Shown in pieces: positions 1-7,778 of a DNA stretch of 7,783 nt (within the stretch, counting starts at the first letter, position 1; each line of letters begins with the position of its first letter). The translations under genes were made by a program, and so were the position numbers. The DNA lies in NCBI RefSeq assembly GCF_000143415.4, contig NW_003314655.1:1-7783 (forward strand). The letters are read 5' to 3'. The DNA comes from Selaginella moellendorffii (lineage: Eukaryota; Plantae; Lycopodiophyta). The notes beneath the pieces are model-generated. The model saw only the letters and a program-made list of their open reading frames with translations, did not search any database and was not told where the DNA came from.

Positions 1-132
1 TGCGGGCCGGTGGAGCGACGAATCCAGATCCGTTTCTGTGGAAACGGGTGGACTCACGCAAGCTTTCAACGGTTCAAGTCCCACCGCAAACCGAGCCATG
101 GATCTTGCCCACTCGCGCAAAACCCATATCCA
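1..132 (+). repeat. Partial 150-bp subrepeat (B type)
   Basis: Matches 1248-1381 apart from two single-base homopolymer deletions near 21 and 67. Confidence 0.9.
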
Positions 133-303
133 GACCCTAGCCCTAGCCACGTGTCACGGGGACCGCCGGTCAAACTCATCGCCGCCGGTCAACCACCCCA
201 CCGCACCGACGGCCGCGATTGCCCCAACTTAAGCCCCACTTAATCGCACTAAGCGCTCCCCATAATCGCCCTTTGCTAGTTAAACCCCCTCCCCCACAAA
301 CCC

Positions 304-314
304 AATAAATTTAA
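304..314 (+). promoter_or_regulatory. TATA-like element upstream of the small RNA (present in every unit)
   Basis: AATAAATTTAA, 11 consecutive A/T in a GC-rich unit, beginning about 30 nt upstream of the predicted start, where TBP/TFIIIB normally binds. Confidence 0.5.
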
Positions 315-346
315 CCGACACGAAATATGTAACGGAGAGGTGGTAG

Positions 347-357
347 AGGCCTAGTGG
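347..357 (+). promoter_or_regulatory. Pol III A box (present in every unit)
   Basis: AGGCCTAGTGG versus consensus TGGCNNAGTGG, one mismatch. It lies about 10-13 nt inside the predicted 5' end. Confidence 0.7.
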
Positions 358-401
358 CAGAGACCCCCAATCTAAAAACAAGTCCACTCAAATAGGTCCC
401 T

Positions 402-412
402 GGGTCGAGACC
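402..412 (+). promoter_or_regulatory. Pol III B box (present in every unit)
   Basis: GGGTCGAGACC versus consensus GGTTCGANNCC, one mismatch. It starts 55 nt after the A box start. Confidence 0.7.
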
Positions 413-428
413 CACCCGGAGCCACCTC

Positions 429-433
429 TTTTT
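429..433 (+). terminator. Pol III oligo-T terminator (present in every unit)
   Basis: TTTTT directly at the 3' strand of the terminal stem. It is the only T5 run I see on the + strand of the unit. Confidence 0.7.
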
Positions 434-977
434 GGCACAATTTAAGTAGTGGAGGGAATATTCTCTCGGAATAATGGAGAATGCGGGCGTTGGGGGCCGT
501 TTTCTCGCGAACCGTGCGTGCGTTTCGCGTGGGACTGGCGCCGTTGGGTTCGTGTTCGTGGGGGGCACCCTCCCCAGTGACAGGAGGTGCAAGGACCTCT
601 CGGGGTTTGCCCCTTTCGCCCAGCGGTCGCAAGGGTGTGCCGTTTTCGACAAGGCACGCACGGTGCCAGCATGGCATGGGGGGCCCAGCCAATTCGGATC
701 GATGCCCTCGACGCGGGCTTCGCCACGGCGCTCCTGGGGTCGCGTTCCAGTGCAGGCCCGAGCGCCAGTGCGGTGTTTTCCTCGAGAGTGAGATGCACTC
801 CCGGCGGCAGCCCACGCATGGGGCCCGCGATCCGTTGGCACGGCCGCGACCGGGGCGTCACGCCGGCCGGCCCCGTTGGTGCCGGAGTGCGGGCGGGCAC
901 ACGGATCGCCACGTGGGACGCATCTTCTTCCGTGGGAAAAACCACAAAAGCAGGCGCCCAGGACATGGAAAAATGTA

Positions 978-1032
978 CTTGGCCACATGGGCCAGTTGCG
1001 CGCACCGCCCCAGTTGCTCCCATGTGCCCAAG
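978..1032. repeat. 14-bp inverted repeat enclosing an 8-bp direct repeat (present in every unit)
   Basis: CTTGGCCACATGGG (978-991) and CCCATGTGCCCAAG (1019-1032) are 13/14 complementary. CCAGTTGC occurs at 992-999 and 1010-1017. Confidence 0.8.
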
Positions 1033-1081
1033 GGCGAAAGGGGGCCCACGGTCCACGAGATATGGCAACGGGAACAGCACA

Positions 1082-1381
1082 AAACCCATTGCAATGGTGT
1101 GGGACGGTGGAGCAACGAAATCGGGATCCGTTTCTGTGGAAACGGGTGGACTCACGCAAGCTTTCCAACGGTTCAAGTCCCACCGCAAACCGAGCCATGG
1201 ATGTTGCCCACTCGCTCGAAAACCCAGCGTCAAACCCATCGCAATGGTGCGGGCCGGTGGAGCGACGAAATCCAGATCCGTTTCTGTGGAAACGGGTGGA
1301 CTCACGCAAGCTTTCCAACGGTTCAAGTCCCACCGCAAACCGAGCCATGGATCTTGCCCACTCGCGCAAAACCCATATCCA
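1082..1381 (+). repeat. Two tandem 150-bp subrepeats (A 1082-1231, B 1232-1381)
   Basis: 78-bp identical core (1125-1202 = 1275-1352) with diverged flanks. Each contains hairpin CCGTTTC-TGTG-GAAACGG and GGTTCAAGTCC. Confidence 0.97.
1170..1180 (+). promoter_or_regulatory. Spacer B-box motif (also 1320-1330 and in every subrepeat)
   Basis: GGTTCAAGTCC is a perfect match to GGTTCRANNCC. Function is inferred only. Confidence 0.45.
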
Positions 1382-1582
1382 GACCCTAGCCCTAGCCACG
1401 TGTCACGGGGACCGCCGGTCAAACTCATCGCCGCCGGTCAACCACCCCACCGCACCGACGGCCGCGATTGCCCCAACTTAAGCCCCACTTAATCGCACTA
1501 AGCGCTCCCCATAATCGCCCTTTGCTAGTTAAACCCCCTCCCCCACAAACCCAATAAATTTAACCGACACGAAATATGTAAC

Positions 1583-1682
1583 GGAGAGGTGGTAGAGGCC
1601 TAGTGGCAGAGACCCCCAATCTAAAAACAAGTCCACTCAAATAGGTCCCTGGGTCGAGACCCACCCGGAGCCACCTCTTTTT
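1583..1682 (+). ncRNA. Candidate Pol III vault-RNA-like small RNA, copy 2
   Basis: Identical to copy 1 (offset 1249). Confidence 0.75.
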
Positions 1683-2330
1683 GGCACAATTTAAGTAGTG
1701 GAGGGAATATTCTCTCGGAATAATGGAGAATGCGGGCGTTGGGGGCCGTTTTCTCGCGAACCGTGCGTGCGTTTCGCGTGGGACTGGCGCCGTTGGGTTC
1801 GTGTTCGTGGGGGGCACCCTCCCCAGTGACAGGAGGTGCAAGGACCTCTCGGGGTTTGCCCCTTTCGCCCAGCGGTCGCAAGGGTGTGCCGTTTTCGACA
1901 AGGCACGCACGGTGCCAGCATGGCATGGGGGGCCCAGCCAATTCGGATCGATGCCCTCGACGCGGGCTTCGCCACGGCGCTCCTGGGGTCGCGTTCCAGT
2001 GCAGGCCCGAGCGCCAATGCGGTGTTTTCCTCGAGAGTGAGATGCACTCCCGGCGGCAGCCCACGCATGGGGCCCGCGATCCGTTGGCACGGCCGCGACC
2101 GGGGCGTCACGCCGGCCGGCCCCGTTGGTGCCGGAGTGCGGGCGGGCACACGGATCGCCACGTGGGACGCATCTTCTTCCGTGGGAAAAACCACAAAAGC
2201 AGGCGCCCAGGACATGGAAAAATGTACTTGGCCACATGGGCCAGTTGCGCGCACCGCCCCAGTTGCTCCCATGTGCCCAAGGGCGAAAGGGGGCCCACGG
2301 TCCACGAGATATGGCAACGGGAACAGCACA

Positions 2331-2630
2331 AAACCCATTGCAATGGTGTGGGACGGTGGAGCAACGAAATCGGGATCCGTTTCTGTGGAAACGGGTGGAC
2401 TCACGCAAGCTTTCCAACGGTTCAAGTCCCACCGCAAACCGAGCCATGGATGTTGCCCACTCGCTCGAAAACCCAGCGTCAAACCCATCGCAATGGTGCG
2501 GGCCGGTGGAGCGACGAAATCCAGATCCGTTTCTGTGGAAACGGGTGGACTCACGCAAGCTTTCCAACGGTTCAAGTCCCACCGCAAACCGAGCCATGGA
2601 TCTTGCCCACTCGCGCAAAACCCATATCCA
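2331..2630 (+). repeat. Two tandem 150-bp subrepeats (A+B)
   Basis: Copy of 1082-1381 at offset 1249. Confidence 0.97.
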
Positions 2631-2831
2631 GACCCTAGCCCTAGCCACGTGTCACGGGGACCGCCGGTCAAACTCATCGCTGCCGGTCAACCACCCCACC
2701 GCACCGACGGCCGCGATTGCCCCAACTTAAGCCCCACTTAATCGCACTAAGCGCTCCCCATAATCGCCCTTTGCTAGTTAAACCCCCTCCCCCACAAACC
2801 CAATAAATTTAACCGACACGAAATATGTAAC

Positions 2832-2931
2832 GGAGAGGTGGTAGAGGCCTAGTGGCAGAGACCCCCAATCTAAAAACAAGTCCACTCAAATAGGTCCCTG
2901 GGTCGAGACCCACCCGGAGCCACCTCTTTTT
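2832..2931 (+). ncRNA. Candidate Pol III vault-RNA-like small RNA, copy 3
   Basis: Identical to copy 1 (offset 2498). Confidence 0.75.
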
Positions 2932-3579
2932 GGCACAATTTAAGTAGTGGAGGGAATATTCTCTCGGAATAATGGAGAATGCGGGCGTTGGGGGCCGTTT
3001 TCTCGCGAACCGTGCGTGCGTTTCGCGTGGGACTGGCGCCGTTGGGTTCGTGTTCGTGGGGGGCACCCTCCCCAGTGACAGGAGGTGCAAGGACCTCTCG
3101 GGGTTTGCCCCTTTCGCCCAGCGGTCGCAAGGGTGTGCCGTTTTCGACAAGGCACGCACGGTGCCAGCATGGCATGGGGGGCCCAGCCAATTCGGATCGA
3201 TGCCCTCGACGCGGGCTTCGCCACGGCGCTCCTGGGGTCGCGTTCCAGTGCAGGCCCGAGCGCCAGTGCGGTGTTTTCCTCGAGAGTGAGATGCACTCCC
3301 GGCGGCAGCCCACGCATGGGGCCCGCGATCCGTTGGCACGGCCGCGACCGGGGCGTCACGCCGGCCGGCCCCGTTGGTGCCGGAGTGCGGGCGGGCACAC
3401 GGATCGCCACGTGGGACGCATCTTCTTCCGTGGGAAAAACCACAAAAGCAGGCGCCCAGGACATGGAAAAATGTACTTGGCCACATGGGCCAGTTGCGCG
3501 CACCGCCCCAGTTGCTCCCATGTGCCCAAGGGCGAAAGGGGGCCCACGGTCCACGAGATATGGCAACGGGAACAGCACA

Positions 3580-3879
3580 AAACCCATTGCAATGGTGTGG
3601 GACGGTGGAGCAACGAAATCGGGATCCGTTTCTGTGGAAACGGGTGGACTCACGCAAGCTTTCCAACGGTTCAAGTCCCACCGCAAACCGAGCCATGGAT
3701 GTTGCCCACTCGCTCGAAAACCCAGCGTCAAACCCATCGCAATGGTGCGGGCCGGTGGAGCGACGAAATCCAGATCCGTTTCTGTGGAAACGGGTGGACT
3801 CACGCAAGCTTTCCAACGGTTCAAGTCCCACCGCAAACCGAGCCATGGATCTTGCCCACTCGCGCAAAACCCATATCCA
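3580..3879 (+). repeat. Two tandem 150-bp subrepeats (A+B)
   Basis: Copy of 1082-1381 at offset 2498. Confidence 0.97.
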
Positions 3880-4080
3880 GACCCTAGCCCTAGCCACGTG
3901 TCACGGGGACCGCCGGTCAAACTCATCGCCGCCGGTCAACCACCCCACCGCACCGACGGCCGCGATTGCCCCAACTTAAGCCCCACTTAATCGCACTAAG
4001 CGCTCCCCATAATCGCCCTTTGCTAGTTAAACCCCCTCCCCCACAAACCCAATAAATTTAACCGACACGAAATATGTAAC

Positions 4081-4180
4081 GGAGAGGTGGTAGAGGCCTA
4101 GTGGCAGAGACCCCCAATCTAAAAACAAGTCCACTCAAATAGGTCCCTGGGTCGAGACCCACCCGGAGCCACCTCTTTTT
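4081..4180 (+). ncRNA. Candidate Pol III vault-RNA-like small RNA, copy 4
   Basis: Identical to copy 1 (offset 3747). Confidence 0.75.
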
Positions 4181-4828
4181 GGCACAATTTAAGTAGTGGA
4201 GGGAATATTCTCTCGGAATAATGGAGAATGCGGGCGTTGGGGGCCGTTTTCTCGCGAACCGTGCGTGCGTTTCGCGTGGGACTGGCGCCGTTGGGTTTGT
4301 GTTCGTGGGGGGCACCCTCCCCAGTGACAGGAGGTGCAAGGACCTCTCGGGGTTTGCCCCTTTCGCCCAGCGGTCGCAAGGGTGTGCCGTTTTCGACAAG
4401 GCACGCACGGTGCCAGCATGGCATGGGGGGCCCAGCCAATTCGGATCGATGCCCTCGACGCGGGCTTCGCCACGGCGCTCCTGGGGTCGCGTTCCAGTGC
4501 AGGCCCGAGCGCCAGTGCGGTGTTTTCCTCGAGAGTGAGATGCACTCCCGGCGGCAGCCCACGCATGGGGCCCGCGATCCGTTGGCACGGCCGCGACCGG
4601 GGCGTCACGCCGGCCGGCCCCGTTGGTGCCGGAGTGCGGGCGGGCACACGGATCGCCACGTGGGACGCATCTTCTTCCGTGGGAAAAACCACAAAAGCAG
4701 GCGCCCAGGACATGGAAAAATGTACTTGGCCACATGGGCCAGTTGCGCGCACCGCCCCAGTTGCTCCCATGTGCCCAAGGGCGAAAGGGGGCCCACGGTC
4801 CACGAGATATGGCAACGGGAACAGCACA

Positions 4829-5128
4829 AAACCCATTGCAATGGTGTGGGACGGTGGAGCAACGAAATCGGGATCCGTTTCTGTGGAAACGGGTGGACTC
4901 ACGCAAGCTTTCCAACGGTTCAAGTCCCACCGCAAACCGAGCCATGGATGTTGCCCACTCGCTCGAAAACCCAGCGTCAAACCCATCGCAATGGTGCGGG
5001 CCGGTGGAGCGACGAAATCCAGATCCGTTTCTGTGGAAACGGGTGGACTCACGCAAGCTTTCCAACGGTTCAAGTCCCACCGCAAACCGAGCCATGGATC
5101 TTGCCCACTCGCGCAAAACCCATATCCA
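4829..5128 (+). repeat. Two tandem 150-bp subrepeats (A+B)
   Basis: Copy of 1082-1381 at offset 3747. Confidence 0.97.
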
Positions 5129-5329
5129 GACCCTAGCCCTAGCCACGTGTCACGGGGACCGCCGGTCAAACTCATCGCCGCCGGTCAACCACCCCACCGC
5201 ACCGACGGCCGCGATTGCCCCAACTTAAGCCCCACTTAATCGCACTAAGCGCTCCCCATAATCGCCCTTTGCTAGTTAAACCCCCTCCCCCACAAACCCA
5301 ATAAATTTAACCGACACGAAATATGTAAC

Positions 5330-5429
5330 GGAGAGGTGGTAGAGGCCTAGTGGCAGAGACCCCCAATCTAAAAACAAGTCCACTCAAATAGGTCCCTGGG
5401 TCGAGACCCACCCGGAGCCACCTCTTTTT
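5330..5429 (+). ncRNA. Candidate Pol III vault-RNA-like small RNA, copy 5
   Basis: Identical to copy 1 (offset 4996). Confidence 0.75.
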
Positions 5430-6077
5430 GGCACAATTTAAGTAGTGGAGGGAATATTCTCTCGGAATAATGGAGAATGCGGGCGTTGGGGGCCGTTTTC
5501 TCGCGAACCGTGCGTGCGTTTCGCGTGGGACTGGCGCCGTTGGGTTCGTGTTCGTGGGGGGCACCCTCCCCAGTGACAGGAGGTGCAAGGACCTCTCGGG
5601 GTTTGCCCCTTTCGCCCAGCGGTCGCAAGGGTGTGCCGTTTTCGACAAGGCACGCACGGTGCCAGCATGGCATGGGGGGCCCAGCCAATTCGGATCGATG
5701 CCCTCGACGCGGGCTTCGCCACGGCGCTCCTGGGGTCGCGTTCCAGTGCAGGCCCGAGCGCCAGTGCGGTGTTTTCCTCGAGAGTGAGATGCACTCCCGG
5801 CGGCAGCCCACGCATGGGGCCCGCGATCCGTTGGCACGGCCGCGACCGGGGCGTCACGCCGGCCGGCCCCGTTGGTGCCGGAGTGCGGGCGGGCACACGG
5901 ATCGCCACGTGGGACGCATCTTCTTCCGTGGGAAAAACCACAAAAGCAGGCGCCCAGGACATGGAAAAATGTACTTGGCCACATGGGCCAGTTGCGCGCA
6001 CCGCCCCAGTTGCTCCCATGTGCCCAAGGGCGAAAGGGGGCCCACGGTCCACGAGATATGGCAACGGGAACAGCACA

Positions 6078-6377
6078 AAACCCATTGCAATGGTGTGGGA
6101 CGGTGGAGCAACGAAATCGGGATCCGTTTCTGTGGAAACGGGTGGACTCACGCAAGCTTTCCAACGGTTCAAGTCCCACCGCAAACCGAGCCATGGATGT
6201 TGCCCACTCGCTCGAAAACCCAGCGTCAAACCCATCGCAATGGTGCGGGCCGGTGGAGCGACGAAATCCAGATCCGTTTCTGTGGAAACGGGTGGACTCA
6301 CGCAAGCTTTCCAACGGTTCAAGTCCCACCGCAAACCGAGCCATGGATCTTGCCCACTCGCGCAAAACCCATATCCA
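6078..6377 (+). repeat. Two tandem 150-bp subrepeats (A+B)
   Basis: Copy of 1082-1381 at offset 4996. Confidence 0.97.
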
Positions 6378-6578
6378 GACCCTAGCCCTAGCCACGTGTC
6401 ACGGGGACCGCCGGTCAAACTCATCGCCGCCGGTCAACCACCCCACCGCACCGACGGCCGCGATTGCCCCAACTTAAGCCCCACTTAATCGCACTAAGCG
6501 CTCCCCATAATCGCCCTTTGCTAGTTAAACCCCCTCCCCCACAAACCCAATAAATTTAACCGACACGAAATATGTAAC

Positions 6579-6678
6579 GGAGAGGTGGTAGAGGCCTAGT
6601 GGCAGAGACCCCCAATCTAAAAACAAGTCCACTCAAATAGGTCCCTGGGTCGAGACCCACCCGGAGCCACCTCTTTTT
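6579..6678 (+). ncRNA. Candidate Pol III vault-RNA-like small RNA, copy 6
   Basis: Identical to copy 1 (offset 6245). Confidence 0.75.
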
Positions 6679-7326
6679 GGCACAATTTAAGTAGTGGAGG
6701 GAATATTCTCTCGGAATAATGGAGAATGCGGGCGTTGGGGGCCGTTTTCTCGCGAACCGTGCGTGCGTTTCGCGTGGGACTGGCGCCGTTGGGTTCGTGT
6801 TCGTGGGGGGCACCCTCCCCAGTGACAGGAGGTGCAAGGACCTCTCGGGGTTTGCCCCTTTCGCCCAGCGGTCGCAAGGGTGTGCCGTTTTCGACAAGGC
6901 ACGCACGGTGCCAGCATGGCATGGGGGGCCCAGCCAATTCGGATCGATGCCCTCGACGCGGGCTTCGCCACGGCGCTCCTGGGGTCGCGTTCCAGTGCAG
7001 GCCCGAGCGCCAGTGCGGTGTTTTCCTCGAGAGTGAGATGCACTCCCGGCGCAAGCCCACGCATGGGGCCCGCGATCCGTTGGCACGGCCGCGACCGGGG
7101 CGTCACGCCGGCCGGCCCCGTTGGTACCGGAGTACGGGCGGGCACACGGATCGCCACGTGGGACGCATCTTCCTCCGTGGGAAAAACCACAAAAGCAGGC
7201 GCCCAGGACATGGAAAAATGTACTTGGCCACATGGGCCAGTTGCGCGCACCGCCCCAGTTGCTCCCATGTGCCCAAGGGCGAAAGGGGGCCCACGGTCCA
7301 CGAGATATGGCAACGGGAACAGCACA

Positions 7327-7476
7327 AAACCCATTGCAATGGTGTGGGACGGTGGAGCAACGAAATCGGGATCCGTTTCTGTGGAAACGGGTGGACTCAC
7401 GCAAGCTTTCCAACGGTTCAAGTCCCACCGCAAACCGAGCCATGGATCTTGCCCACTCGCGCAAAACCCATATCCA
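7327..7476 (+). repeat. Single chimeric A/B 150-bp subrepeat
   Basis: The 5' flank has A-type bases (CCATTGCAATGGTGTGGGAC, GCAACGAAATCGGG) and the 3' flank has B-type bases (GGATCTTG, CGCGCAAAACCCATAT). Confidence 0.93.
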
Positions 7477-7677
7477 GACCCTAGCCCTAGCCACGTGTCA
7501 CGGGGACCGCCGGTCAAACTCATCGCCGCCGGTCAACCACCCCACCGCACCGACGGCCGCGATTGCCCCAACTTAAGCCCCACTTAATCGCACTAAGCGC
7601 TCCCCATAATCGCCCTTTGCTAGTTAAACCCCCTCCCCCACAAACCCAATAAATTTAACCGACACGAAATATGTAAC

Positions 7678-7778
7678 GGAGAGGTGGTAGAGGCCTAGTG
7701 GCAGAGACCCCCAATCTAAAAACAAGTCCACTCAAATAGGTACCTGGGTCGAGACCCACCACGGAGCCACCTCTTTTT
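7678..7778 (+). ncRNA. Candidate Pol III vault-RNA-like small RNA, copy 7 (two variants)
   Basis: As copy 1 but with C>A at 7742 and an extra A at 7761. Terminal stem, A box, B box and T5 are intact. The variants may be end-of-sequence errors. Confidence 0.7.

Larger units (their letters stand above)
334..433 (+). ncRNA. Candidate Pol III (type 2 internal promoter) small RNA, vault-RNA-like, copy 1
   Basis: 5' GAGAGGTGGT (335-344) pairs with 3' GCCACCTCTT (421-430). A box AGGCCTAGTGG (347-357), B box GGGTCGAGACC (402-412), TTTTT (429-433). Inner pairings GTGG(354-357)/CCAC(412-415) and GACCC(362-366)/GGGTC(402-406). The exact 5' end (334-338) is uncertain and the vault assignment is inference. 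Confidence 0.75.

Noticed and set aside
21-67. Two single-base deletions relative to other units (also the variants at 7742 and 7761)
   Set aside because: Homopolymer shortening and indels at the sequence ends are typical of low-coverage long-read consensus error.
135-146. Telomere-like CCCTAGCCCTAG
   Set aside because: Only two copies of a non-canonical hexamer.
163-192. 11-bp direct repeat CCGCCGGTCAA (163-173, 182-192)
   Set aside because: Real, but most simply a local micro-duplication with no evidence of function.
337-429. tRNA gene (7-bp GAGGTGG/CCACCTC acceptor-like stem followed by TA, with A and B boxes)
   Set aside because: The A box is displaced by 3 nt, there is no proper T stem adjacent to the acceptor stem, position 54 is G, and no convincing D or anticodon arm can be drawn.
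334-433. 5S rRNA, U snRNA or spliced-leader RNA array
   Set aside because: No recognisable 5S or U1-U6 sequence on either strand. No known SL exon followed by a GT donor and Sm site. Short resemblances such as AACCGACACG to the flatworm leader start do not extend.
565-676. Cluster of short hairpins (for example 565-590, 602-613, 635-659, 664-676)
   Set aside because: Stems of 4-8 bp are expected by chance in GC-rich DNA, and there is no promoter or terminator context.
311-1492. Long overlapping ORFs (362, 328, 302, 301, 201 aa) repeated in each unit
   Set aside because: They overlap in most frames on both strands, are rich in Arg/Gly/Pro/Ala with no recognisable domain, and result from near absence of TpA. 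The in-frame 150-bp deletion only reflects the subrepeat length.
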